From Batkoa obscura (lineage: Eukaryota): 64,000 bases of DNA. Made by a program: the position numbers and the translations under genes. Below, piece by piece: positions 38,814-51,544 of the stretch (the first letter of the stretch is position 1; each line of letters starts with the position of its first letter). The notes under the pieces were generated by a model, which worked only from the letters and a program-made list of their open reading frames with translations, had not been told where the DNA came from and did no database searches. The stretch lies in the NCBI GenBank assembly GCA_030770535.1, contig JASVEC010000002.1, positions 868,001 through 932,000 on the forward strand, given 5' to 3'.

Positions 38814-39737
38814 AATTTTGGATTGATTTAAAGAAATTAAAGCAATATTAACTCATCGAATGCTTTTTACAAATAGACTATTAGAGAATTTGATTGGCTC
38901 AAAATAGATACCAATTTTTTTGGTGGCTATAGTAATTTTTAAAAATTTGGAATTTCCAACCATTTTTAACAATTTTTGAATCTTTTAATTGCTTCTTTTT
39001 TGAAGTGTACGAATCAAATAAGCGTAATCGCAGCTTGTATTATTTGATTGGTACAGTTAAAATGTATCAAAATAAAGTAAATTATTATGGGAGTAAAAAT
39101 CTAATTATCAAAATTTATATAAGAATCAATTTCAAATATTACAGTATTGTTTAAATTTATTAAATTGATTTCAACTTTAATAGTTAACGAATTGCTTATA
39201 TTCTAATATTTTCTTATTTATTTATAGTATTATTTCTTATAAGGCTAGAAGCGTTTCAATCTATTTACTACAAATTATGATTAGCTTTTGATGCAAATTT
39301 TTGATTTGAAATATTACTAAAAGCAATTCATCTGTAACTAATATTACACTTTTGTTAAATAGCCTTTTAATAGTATATATTAGTTATAAAGTCAAATACA
39401 ATTGTAATTGATGAAATATACAATATTTTATAAATAAATAAAATCTCTTATTTGAATCATCTTGTCCACTTTTTATACAAAATAAAATATCGAAAAAAAC
39501 ACTTCTAACAACACTTTTGTAAAATAAAAGTAAAATTTATTGTCTAAGATATCAACTTTGTTTCCTATATTTTAAAACAGGAATATTATTAATTGTTTTG
39601 CTTCCTGGTATCATTCTATTTTTACAATATCGAATCGAAGATAAAGTAGATTTCCTAAGCAAATAAATTTATTAAATGAAATGTCATTTTGAAAAAAATA
39701 GGATTTAAAAGTTAGTTTTAGTTGATGTATAAGAAAT

Positions 39738-39831
39738 GGGGATGTATTTTTGTTTAAGAATTTTACTAACAATTTTTCTACTCAAATAGTGCTTAAAATA
39801 GAAAAAGCAATAAAGCCAAAAAAACATCCTC
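39738..39831 (-). mobile_element. MITE copy 10
   Basis: Consensus match; AAAT on both flanks. Confidence 0.88.
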
Positions 39832-40128
39832 AAATGGTCCAATTGTCAGAAAAAATCTATCCCTGATAATTAATCTTAAAATTATACTTGCTAATTGAAG
39901 ACAGTTAATAGTTTTACTGATAACTTTTTAAATTGTTTTAAGCAATAAGTTAATAGAAAGGAGTTTAAATAATAGTAATATGGAGAATTCAAATTCATTA
40001 TTGTTCAATAATATATAATATAACTTTGATAATTAGAATTAGTGAATAGCTTGTAAAATAAATTTATTATTATATTTTAATAACTAAAAGGAAATAATAC
40101 AAAGTAATAAATAATTTATTTTTCAAAA

Positions 40129-41839
40129 TTAACAAAATTGATTAAAGTTAAATTCCAATTTGGCTTCATTTAAATCTTCAATAACGGATTTATATTCTTC
40201 AAAGGTAGTATTATATCGATTCAATAATTTTTCTAAATAAATTACACGATTTTTGGAGACTATAGCAGTTGTTGGTGATATGGTATAAGTATGATACATA
40301 TGATTTAAAAAAGTGATTGCTGTCATTAATACTGTTCTCATTGAAAATGGTAATTCTTTTGGGTTTGGTGTTAAATTGTATTCGGTATGAATTGTATCCC
40401 AATTTTGAATTAAATTAAATAATTCCATTGCTGAGCTTAATATAGTACAGAAATGAACATAATCTTTAGGCAATGGATATTTGTAACATAATATAGTTGG
40501 CCAATATAATAATATAGTAAAGAAATGTAAAAAATAATAATTGAAACAATATGTTTTTTCTTTAATCGTATTATTCTCAAATATGATTTTTTTAATCCCA
40601 TTATAAGTGTTGGGGTCATACGTATCTACTGATATTTGTTTATACCAATCATATATCAATCTCTCAATTTCTTGTGATTCTTTATTGACGTTGTTTTGTA
40701 TGATTTGGAGAAATTCTTTACTTTTAGGCTTAAAACGTGAAATGTAAATTTGAGAATTAATTGAAAACGTAAATTCAATCATTGTTGAAACTAAACCAGA
40801 GTAGGTAATATTTTTAGGATTGGGTAAGATTTGATTTGAAAAAAAATCAGATTGATCAATAAATTTACTTGTTAATGTATTAATATCATTAATCACAAAT
40901 GGTTTTCCAGATAATATTGCTATATATCTTTTGGCTAATAATAGTATTGGCCATACCTGACTTAATAAAGGTACTATCTCATTATTCTCACTTATACTCA
41001 TTTTATTTTTAATAAGTTCTGGAAAATCATCATTTATTTTAACTAAACCATTTTCACTTGCAATAGTTTGGAACATACTAGACAATAAAATTAGATAAAC
41101 AAAAATCGGATAAAAATACTTACTTAAAAGATGAATCTAAATTTATAAAGGTAAGTATGCCTTATTTAATATAAAATTTGAATATTACCTATATATTTTT
41201 CAGCAGAGTAAATCTTTCTTAATTTAAAAAAATAAAATCCATAAAGCATCAAAGCTTTCATATTTGAAAGAGTTGGTTTGAGATATGCTTTAGGCAATTG
41301 GGTAGCTATTAATCCTAAACAATAATTCTCAGTTTGATTTAAATTGTAGCCACAATCCTCGGTTAATGTAGTACAACTAAGAATAATCAAAACGGACTTT
41401 AATAATAGGTTTTCCTCCATTTCTAATATTAAATCTTGTTCGCTATTAAATAAAATTGAATGAGCTGATGAATTCATAAAGGAATTAGCTACTGCTTCTA
41501 TAAAGACTTCATCTTTTAATGCATTATTCACTGGTTTAAGTTGAGTTTGCACACTGTAAGAAGGGTTTATACCATTACTTGATGGTGGTGATACCATACC
41601 CTTTTCATTCAACTTATTTTCAAGAAATTCTACTCGTTTTACAAACTGAGCTATTGGTTTTGTTAATTTCAGCATGGATTCTAATTGTCGAGCTCTTTTA
41701 TCAATAGAGGCCAACACAAATTTACTACCCTTTATGTTGTTCAGTTAAATACTTGGCTTTTTGCTTTATAACATTAACTTACTTTTCGTTTAGTTCCATT
41801 CTCTTTATCGTTCTTTTCTTTATCCGATTTGTTTGACAT
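40129..41839 (-). CDS. Hypothetical protein resembling a fungal transcription-factor regulatory region, with no Zn2Cys6 motif
   Basis: Exon 41839-41783 splices in frame to 41729; coiled coil, then a helical region (PTLSNMKALMLYG) joined by short introns to the 40129-41085 ORF. Family call is tentative. Confidence 0.6.
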
Positions 41840-43079
41840 TTTAATAAACTACGCTAAATTTAAATTTTTGAAACTTTAAAAGAATGAGTAAAAATTAGTT
41901 CAATGATTTAATTAAATTAGCTACGCCAAGAATAAACCACTTAAGCCGATAACTATTTCCAATTTTGCATTTTTTTATTAAAATCATGAAGTTTCGCAGT
42001 ATAAGGAGTATCATTTTATTGCGACTTTTAATCATTTTAATTTTTATGTTGCATGAAAAATAAACATAATAAAAAAACTACTTCTCAACTAAGTATTAAA
42101 TTTTCAATAAATCCTTGATTAAAAATTAATTTTCAAAAGGAGTTTATATTAGAAAATTTTTAATAGTAATGTAAACATTGATATTACAAAGATACTTAGA
42201 AGTTATAAACAATATTATTACTAAAATACATACTATGCGAATAAAACAAGTTTTGATTTTTTTATCATGCGCTTTTTAATTCATCAATAGAAATTAACTT
42301 AATATTGATTAATTTGAATAATAATAATCAATTTTAATTTAAAATTTATGTGTTAAATATAAAAGGTTTTTATAAACTATAAAATTATATGTATATGCAT
42401 TTACAATTTATAACAACTATATAGCGTAAAGTATTTTAATCAAATTTCTATTAAATTTCTTTGCATAAGTTTAAGCTGCTGTTAGATAGTATCCCGTAAT
42501 ATTTCCCAAGCCATTAACCGGTTTTGTTTTAATATTATTGTATTGAAGAAAATGATTTGAAAGACAATAACCTGTTTTGTTTTACTTTGATCACTATACT
42601 TAATAAATTACACTGCTCTATTTTTTATTTTATGTTTATTTTCCTTGATAAATAATCATAAAAGAGGTCTCTGAGTTATTCATAAATTATTTACTATTAC
42701 TATAGATTAATAAACTACACTTTATTTAGAAAGGTATTTATAATAAATAATCTCTCTGATAACAGAGCCATAAATTTACTAATATGATTACTATCACGAT
42801 TTAGTACATAAATCAAGGAGGAATATTTTGTTTACCGTATAGGATTATATAAAAATATTTAAAAAAAGCTGTATAATTTAAAAGCAGCAGTATAATATTA
42901 TTGGTATAATAAAGTGTTATTAAATAAATTGTTTCATTTATTGATTATATTCTGCATTAAAAGCTTAATGTCTAATATCTAAGTTAAATGAAAAGGTACT
43001 TCAGATAATTAATAATGGGATACTATTAAACAAAATCCTAGACTAGGGTATTTTTCATTCAAAATAGCAGTCTAAATAT

Positions 43080-43173
43080 GGGGGTGTTTTTTTGGCTTCA
43101 TTGGTTTTTTCATCTTTTCCGCTTAATAGTACTTAAAAGATGAAAAAACCAATGAAGCTAAAAAAACATCCCC
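43080..43173. mobile_element. MITE copy 11, palindromic variant with two left ends
   Basis: About 39-bp near-perfect inverted arms around a 16-nt spacer; ATAT TSD. Confidence 0.88.
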
Positions 43174-43329
43174 ATATATTCTATTATGTTACAAAGGAAT
43201 AAAAATAACAGATATAGACACAAGTCAATGACCAAAAATAATATCCGTAGTAATAATAGTGAAATTGATGTTTTTAACAATAGAAGAAAAGTGCTTATAA
43301 TATATAGCTAATAAAATTATTAAGCATAT

Positions 43330-43427
43330 GGGGATGTTTTTTTTATTTCATTATTTTTTCCATTTTTTAAGCGCTATTTGAGTGGAAAGATTGTTAGTAA
43401 GATTCTCAAACACAAAAAAATATCTCC
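43330..43427 (+). mobile_element. MITE copy 12
   Basis: Consensus match; ATAT TSD. Confidence 0.9.
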
Positions 43428-43517
43428 ATATGAAAAACTTAGGTAAAAGATAAAATTATATACTTTTTCCGATTTGATAAATGACACTTTACTAGAGTGT
43501 TCATTTGATATACATAA

Positions 43518-43614
43518 GGGGATGTTTTTTTGGTTTCATTACTTTTTTCATTTTTTGAGCCCTATCTGAGCGGAAAAATTGTTGGTAAATTCTTAAACAC
43601 GAAAATACATTTCC
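43518..43614 (+). mobile_element. MITE copy 13 (diverged)
   Basis: Consensus match; TSD eroded. Confidence 0.82.
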
Positions 43615-43814
43615 ATGATGAATATAGAAATGTAATAAAATTAAACAAATACTAAACTTTGTATTTAAGTATTATAATTGTAATAAAAACAAAATTAAAT
43701 TAGGATAAGATGTTATTTTTTTAAAGCAGTATTAAAATAATAAATTCATGGTTATATGAAAAATAAAGCTTATAACGTTTTTCAAATAGCAAGGGAAATT
43801 GTTTTTGTTTCAAG

Positions 43815-44278
43815 TGTGAAATATCGCTTTGTCAGTCCCATGGTTAATTATACCATAATAATCGCCTAACCTGTTGTGTTCTCGAGTTCAGAGAAAATCA
43901 ATCCCACGTTCTTAGTTTGATTTGATATGAGAATTTCTATCTTCGTCTCAAAGAATATTCTCCCCTCGTTTTGATATTTATACTTATCCGAGTATAAAAG
44001 AGATTCTAAAACATAATAGCTTGAGGCTTTTTGACTGAATTATTCCCTGATATCTCGAACATTTAATAAAGCCACTAAGTTTTCTTAATAGTATTTTACA
44101 TAGATTTTACATTAGTATTGTCTATTCTATTTGTCTTACATAGTCTGTAGCCTATTACGTGCTATTCTTTATAATTAAAGTCTATCTTAGTCACATAAAC
44201 TAAGACATTTCGATTTACAGCATAGTCAACCAAGCAATGACTGCTTTTGACTCTAATTACTGGATATCAGATTCCACA
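43815..44278 (+). mobile_element. 464-bp TG...CA repeat (solo-LTR-like), diverged copy
   Basis: TGTGAAAT...ATTCCACA termini, internal TATAAAA followed by AATAAA; colinear with 59263-59726; no TSD seen. Confidence 0.8.
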
Positions 44279-44292
44279 GTTATTAATAATAT

Positions 44293-46745
44293 GGGGTTGT
44301 CTGAATTAGTTTCATTATTTTATCCAATTTTTGAAAAATTTTGTATTTTAAAAACTTCGCTTAAAATTCTATAAAATCACATCTTTTATTAAAACAAAAG
44401 TACCCAAACACAGTTCTAAATCATTCTATTATAGCTCATACTGTAAGTTAGTTGAATTTCTACTAGATCTTAGATACATGTTCTTATAAAGCTTAATTGA
44501 GAAATATTTATTATCAACTGCTTTATAACCAACATTGTAGATTTATTATCAAATAAATAAACTATTTTAATGTTATAATTACATTATTAATATATTGCCA
44601 AGTTAATAAATAGCTGCATGGGAGGGAATGGTCAGCCCCAAAACTATAATTAACCATCCCTATATAGTACAAGTAATAATAGTTTTTACATATTATTACA
44701 GTTACTTGTTCTTTGACTATTTATTAACTCAGCTATTAATAACTTAAGTAATCCTAACATTTAACAATCTATTTCTATCATTCAACAAACTACTCACTTG
44801 CTTAGTAAATATCGAAAATTTTAAATTCTCTGTTATCTTCGTAAGGTAAGCTGGGATCGATCTTTTAATTTTTCTGTTTTCTATAGACTCTATAACTTTA
44901 ATTGGGGCTATATCGCTTTTTTTTGATGTATCAGATACTGGATAACAATGTAGTTTATTGTTATGTTTAATAAAATGTAAATACTTCTTAATGCCCTGCA
45001 TCTCTATTATTCTTTTTGTATTTTTGTTTCTTTTATACTTTTTAAAAATTATATCTGTTTTCCCATTATTAACAGTCGAGTTATTAATTTTATTATGCTC
45101 GCAAATAAAAGCCTCAAATCTTGAAATTAATTGATCGATATCTTCTATTTTACCTAACGCTTCAAAACTACTTTTCCATTTTGAAAGGTTTCCAAAATGT
45201 CCATCAACTATACTTTTTCCATGATGCTCAGCAAAAAAATTAAGATTGACATTCAAACTACTATTTATTTTATGAATTTCTTTAAACATATAGTGTAGAA
45301 ACTCTTGGGATCTAAAATGATTTCCTGTATCTGCCCATATATTAATTTTTGTAAACTTTTTAAATAGAAGCTCTGTAGAGATTAAATCGATTAAACAATC
45401 TCCTGCATATGCTGAATCATGATTCAATATTTCAGATAAATAATCAAAGTAAACTTTGCCTATTGTTTTATCATCTTTTAAATATAATACACCAAAACCT
45501 AATACTGATATAGCTTGTTTATTATAATGATCTAGATTTATTGAATCTGGTCTTGTCCCTATTTCCATATTTTGTTTAAAATCTAAAACTATTATACAAC
45601 TTTTGTTATTTAATTTTTTGATAGTTTCATTAAATGTGTTTTTTTGAGTATCAACACAGAATTTATGTAATTTGTATAATTTTTCTTCTTCGTTGAAAAT
45701 TTCTTTTATCTCTGCTTTGTTTTTTTCTGTATTTATTTTATTTTTAAATAACTTTTTTCTAACTGTATACTGGGTACATATATTACATAGATCCGTTTTT
45801 CTTGCTGGATTTTTGAAATTAGTTGGTATATATTTAAAGAACGTCGACCTAGCTACTGCTTTATCTCTTAGATCATTCAAATATTTACTATATATCATTC
45901 TTCTACTTTTATTTAATATATATATTATCTGATGAATATTTACTATCGTTATTTTTTTTATTAAATCTTGATGAAATAGTTGAATCATTTAGTAAATATT
46001 GTATGATAGTTTCAATTTGGTCATCTTTAATTTTTTTTGTATTTTTAATAATAGGTTGTAATGTTGATATTTTATTATTATTGCTTGTTTTTGAATAATC
46101 ATATTGATTTCTATTTATATTAAACCCAAAACTCTTACATTCATCAAAAGAATATACTGAAGCTATAGTTGATAATAACGCTGCTTGCTGACTTTTGTTT
46201 CCTGTTTCCCTTAAAGCACTAATTTTATACATTACTTGATTAAGTTTATTATTATCAATAGTAAACTTTGATAATATATCTTTTCTTTGTTTTGTTTTAT
46301 TATAAAATTCCATAAACCTTGGGTTGTTATAAGTAGCTCTTAAAATTGATGTAAATGAATTACAATGTTTATATTGTGTACTCCTCCCTATTGTATTGAA
46401 GTTTTCAAAAATTCCATTTCGAAGTTTAGTTATGAAAGTTTGCATTTTATTTTTATTTCAACAAAAAATAAAGTCAAATAACTGTATTTATATAATTATG
46501 TATTTATGTAATTATATAATCATATAGTTATATATTATATATCTGTTAAATATCTAACAGAACTAACATAAAATATATAGTTAGGAAAATTAGCTATTTA
46601 AGAAAAGGAAACAATTAAAATAAGTTTTAAATAGAGACATTTAATTTTAGGCTTTTTAGATTTAACCGTTATATTGAACACAAACTTGGAATTTTAAATT
46701 TGGATTAATTTCTAAGTAGATTCTGAAACCAATTAGGACAGCCCC
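44293..46745 (-). mobile_element. Full-length DDE/D DNA transposon, Sola(2)-like, 2453 bp
   Basis: Imperfect TIRs GGGGTTGTCTGAATTAGTTTCA / TGAAACCAATTAGGACAGCCCC, ATAT direct repeat on both flanks, transposase inside. Confidence 0.85.
44744..46445 (-). pseudogene. Transposase split by a single frameshift (178-aa and 414-aa overlapping ORFs)
   Basis: TDLCNIC...H, then IIVLDFKQN, IWADTGNHFRS, NFFAEHHGKSIVDGHFG (putative D-D-D triad); the ORFs overlap at 45909-45988. Confidence 0.85.
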
Positions 46746-46784
46746 ATATGGTTTGCTGATCTAATTTAAGGCCATTTATTATAT

Positions 46785-46882
46785 GGGGATGTTTTTTTGT
46801 GTTTAAGAATTTTACTAACAATCTTTCCACTCAAATAGCGCTTAAATATGGAAAAAGTAATGAAATCAAAAAGAACATCCCC
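46785..46882 (-). mobile_element. MITE copy 14
   Basis: Consensus match; ATAT TSD. Confidence 0.9.
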
Positions 46883-47013
46883 ATATTCTTAGTTTATTTA
46901 AATAAGCTAAATAATCTAAGTGATATAAATAATCTAAATGATATAAATAATGGTTGTAGCTCAAATAATGATAAATAAAATGATTTAGCTAACAAAATTA
47001 TAAAAACTATTTA

Positions 47014-47056
47014 AAATAAAATTAAATAAAATTAAATAAAATTAAATAAAATTAAA
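47014..47056. repeat. (ATTAAATAAA)n tandem repeat
   Basis: About 4 copies of a 10-mer. Confidence 0.8.
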
Positions 47057-47065
47057 AAAGCAAAT

Positions 47066-47162
47066 GGAGGTGTTTTTTTTGGCTTCATTATTTTTTCCAT
47101 CTTTTAAACGCTATTTGAGTGGAAAATTTAAGCAAAATTCTTAAACACAAAAATACATCCTC
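47066..47162 (+). mobile_element. MITE copy 15
   Basis: Consensus match; AAAT on both flanks. Confidence 0.88.
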
Positions 47163-47249
47163 AAATGAAAAAAGATTTATAAAAATTCATTAATTATATA
47201 TTTAATAAAAATGCTTATAAGATAAAAACAGATATTAAGAATAAATTAA

Positions 47250-47559
47250 TAGCTAGGAACCAAGTATTCATGAGCTATAATATCAGTATTTATGCTTATA
47301 GGCTTAATTTTAAATTTATACACTCTTTAATTAGTCTTGAAGTTTACAAAAATAAATGGAACAAAAAGTATGGAAGCCCTAGCATATAGTCCAGACCTAT
47401 CTTTCTATGATTTCTAGTTATTTTAGAAATTAAAAAGCTTGCTGCTAGTATAATTAAAAAAAGTTATTAAAAACTTCTGAGCAACGATTTAAGAATCGTT
47501 TTATATTGTGGAAGAAAAGGATGGAAATATGTATTGCATTGAGTTGTGATTGTATTTAG
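47250..47559 (+). mobile_element. Decayed mariner/Tc1 transposase relic (C-terminal part)
   Basis: 47385-47414 reads YSPDLSFYDF followed by *LF (mariner YSPDLAPSDFxLF); 47515-47559 reads KRMEICIALSCDCI*, resembling mariner C-termini. Confidence 0.6.
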
Positions 47560-49109
47560 TGCTTTTGCTAATTTTTAAACAAAGATTATAAAAGCTTTTT
47601 ATGGCTTTTATAACCCCTTGGGCACTAAATGCTTGAAAAAATTCTGTCTCATTAGGTTATAATCCAATCAATTTTATGCGAATTGGACGAGTTTCTTTTG
47701 AAGCCCAGTGTTTGTAAGATTAATTTAATCTAACTGTATGAGTGATGTTATGATTATTGATCTACAAAAATTTGGCAGGCATTGTTTGTCTACTGTACTC
47801 AAGTGATTAAATCTAAAAAGGTATTTACGTATATTTATTATTTATAATTATTATTCAACGTTATTCCTAGTAACATCATATGTATTTAATAAAATGAAAG
47901 GGAATACAGCTTTTAATTATCATTTGATTGATATAACGCTGTAATAATTCATCAAAATTTTTACGTTAAACTAAAGTTATACTACTGTCAAAAAAATAAA
48001 CAAAACACTTGGCATTTATGCTTTGAGATACAAAATAAATAAGTTAAAATAAAAATAAGAATATTTCAAAAGATCTTGAATCCTAACGTCTACATATTAT
48101 CATTTATTTAAATATAAAAGAAAATAAAGGAATGGACAGTATATAAAGGGGTACCTAAAATAGAACTTGATGAGAATTCTTTTAAACCCTATCAAAAAAC
48201 ATCAATCAAAAGGTTCAATTTTATTCTTTATTTTCATCAAATGGTTTTTTCTTCTTCAGTAGACTTTTTAGTAATTTTATATTTTAGGCAAATAACTTTT
48301 TTTAAAGTCAATAAATTGTTTTACAGCTGTTGCAGCTCTATTGCGACCTAATTAGCGATAACTTCTAGAACCTATTGTTTATTTGAATTTTACTGAGGTC
48401 AAGTTTAACTATAGTTTGATTTTGTTAAAATTTATTCTTATATGAGTAGTAAATTAAGTTGTAATAGAGCTATAATAGTGGAATCCTAACAGCGAATTCA
48501 AAGCTACTTTGTGGGAAACTCCGCCATGTAAAGTAGTATGGTGGTTATTTTTAATTGCAATAAACTATTTGTAATATGTTCTATTACATGTATAACACTT
48601 CAATTTAATTATTAATAATTAGTTACTAAAAGCAAGCGATTTGTTATTTAACCAAATTATATTTATGAGCATAAAACTAAAGCATACAAACCATTTCTTA
48701 ATTTCATAACAGCAAGTCATTAAATAATTGTAATGTAGAGCTTTAAATATACTTTGAAATAAGGAAATAATAACTTTATTGAATAAAAGGAATTAGAATG
48801 TAAACTTAAGTTTAAGTTTTGTAAATTTACAAAAGGTTAACTAGAATTCCAGATTTTAACTCGGCAAAATTTTCAGTAAGAATTGACTAATAACGACTTC
48901 ATTTTAATACATTTACTATAAAAGGCTACTTTACAAACAAAATTTTGTGGAACAATAACAAAATGAGGTAACTAGTAATTTAAATATTTAATGGCATTGG
49001 AAAAAAGTAATATAAAATCAATTAGTTATAAATTTTATCCTGCACTTTTTTTAATTATTTATTTATTCATTATACATATTATATTCATATTCCAAAATTT
49101 ACAAATCAA

Positions 49110-49958
49110 ATGCTACAAGCCACTAACACCTTAAATATGAATGAATTATTAAATGATATTTATGAAGACACAATCGCTATCCCACCACCACCATATACCC
49201 CAATTGCAAACCCTGAATTTGAAGCAGCAGTCGAGTTCGGACCCAATAGAATAGAAAGTATTGCGAGGCGGTGTGAGGTACGGGAATTAAGAAGAAGATA
49301 TCTATTACATATATCGCCACCATTGATATCCGATTTTATATTACCCAACTTTCATGCAATCAATCACTACAAACTAAATTTCAAAAAGAACAGCCATTTA
49401 TTATACTGCTTAATAAGCTTAGGGGAGAGTGATAATAAAGAGCTAAGAGTGCGATATTCCCACTTAAATGTCAGTTTAGAACATATTCAATCTCATCGCA
49501 CTTTAGGAGAAATTAATACCAATAATGGGGCTTCTACTTCAACTACGGTGTTATCCCACGATATCCAATTTACTATTCCTTCTTACCCCAGTGACGTCAA
49601 AAGTAGAGCCCAGTTTACTTCATATCAAGATCAGTTTCTATTAACGATTGAAGAAGAGCTACAGTTTATAAGGTATAAATGGAAAAGAAATAACGATGGG
49701 TATAGGTTGTATAGAAAAACACCATTGATACCTTCAAACGCTTTACCAACTAACCCTTTGAGCAGGAGTAGTTCGAAATATGATCGTTTGATTGCTACAT
49801 TGTCCTTTTCAAGTAATGGTGAAGAAAACCAGGCCACCTTGCATTTCCCTACGTTGCAGTCTAATGTTAATACCCTCAATTTTATCATTACGGCAGCTTA
49901 TCTGTTGAGATATGTTAAAAATCTCAATGGTAATAATATTAGTAGTAATAATAATTGA
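49110..49958 (+). CDS. Hypothetical protein, 282 aa, with an N-terminal PPPPY motif
   Basis: Long single-exon ORF, GC above background, AAAATG start context; no family recognised. Confidence 0.75.
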   Translation: MLQATNTLNMNELLNDIYEDTIAIPPPPYTPIANPEFEAAVEFGPNRIESIARRCEVRELRRRYLLHISPPLISDFILPNFHAINHYKLNFKKNSHLLYCLISLGESDNKELRVRYSHLNVSLEHIQSHRTLGEINTNNGASTSTTVLSHDIQFTIPSYPSDVKSRAQFTSYQDQFLLTIEEELQFIRYKWKRNNDGYRLYRKTPLIPSNALPTNPLSRSSSKYDRLIATLSFSSNGEENQATLHFPTLQSNVNTLNFIITAAYLLRYVKNLNGNNISSNNN

Positions 49959-50214
49959 AAACAAAATTGTGATTTTATGTTAAATAAAAAGACTTCATAT
50001 TTAACCATTTGCCTTTATATCTATTATTTCGATTTTAACAAAAAATAAACCAAAACTTATGTTAAAGTAATAAACAAAAAACTTGAGCAAATAAAAACTA
50101 AGGAGTGAAATCAATAAACAAAAAATGGAGAAACTAAAAGCTAAACTATTTTTTTAAGCCACTTTTAATTAAACTCTTCTTAAGATATAACTCAACTAAA
50201 AGAAAATAAGGAAA

Positions 50215-51544
50215 ATGGAAGGCTGTATGTTCAATATTAATGATGGTTATTTAGAAGCCATAATACGCGGTTATCGTTCCAATATAATTACCAATTCCAA
50301 CTATATGAATTTAACTCAATGTGAGAATTTAGAAGGTAAGCTAGTAAATTTGAAACAAAAATTAAATTAAAATTAAAATACTGAATTTAAAAGATCTCAA
50401 AGTCCAGTTAGGAGCCACAGATTATGGTACTTTAATTCAAAATGAAGCTTCACCCATAGCCACATCCACCATCTCTGAAAAATGTACTGAAAAACTAGTA
50501 GAAGAATACAAATATATTCGTTCTCAAGCTAGTGGCGACTTGTTGCAGTTCTTAGATTATATTAGGTAATTTTAGTAGCTATTCTTATTAGTTTACTCTA
50601 ACTTTGCTTATTTTTTAGTTACGGTTACATGATTGACAACGTCATCTTATTAATCACTGGTACTTTACATGAACGTGATACCAACGAGCTGATTGAGCGC
50701 TGTCATCCTATTGGTGTCTTTGAGTCTATGCCAGCCCTATGTATTGCTACCAATGTAGCAGAATTATATAATACTGTGTTAGTTGAAACACCACTTGGTA
50801 AGATAATACTTTATTTATTAGTAAAAATAAACTAACTTTGAATAATTTATAGCACCTTATTTTCGTAACTGCTTATCAGCACAAGACTTGGATGAGCTCA
50901 ATATTGAAATCATTCGTAACACATTATACAAAGCGTATTTGGAAGACTTTTATCAGTTTTGCCAAGGAATTGGTGGTGCGACAGCTGAGCTTATGGGGGA
51001 AATATTAAAAGTAAGTTATTAAACTTTTCTAGGTTCAAGTTTTAATACTTTTTTCAATTTAGTTTGAGGCAGATAGACGTACTATCAATATCACTATCAA
51101 TTCTTTTGGTACTGAACTTTCGAAAGATGATCGTGCCAAATTATTTCCCTCCTTAGGTCGACTTTTCCCAGAAGGAAGTGCTAAGCTTTCTAAAGTAGAT
51201 GATTTTGATCAAGTAAAGGGTAGTTGTGATTTTGTTGCTGTAAGTTTATTAGAAATCTATATTAATAATAACAGTAATTGAATTTCAAACTATTTTAGGA
51301 ATACCGTAATTTATTTGATTCTGGATTAGGGGTAAATGATGGGGAAGGAAAAACATTAGAAGATCGATTTTTTGAATATGAAGTGGAACTCAACAAGGAT
51401 ACCTTCTTACAGCAATTCCACTATGGCTTATTTTATGCTTATTTTAAATTAAAGGAGCAAGAGATACGTAATATAGTTTGGATTGCTGAATGTATTTCTC
51501 AGCAACAAAAAGATAAGATTCATCATTATATTCCAATTTTTTAA
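50215..51544 (+). CDS. VMA6: V-type ATPase V0 subunit d
   Basis: [96 protein letters not shown]; 6 exons. Confidence 0.97.
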
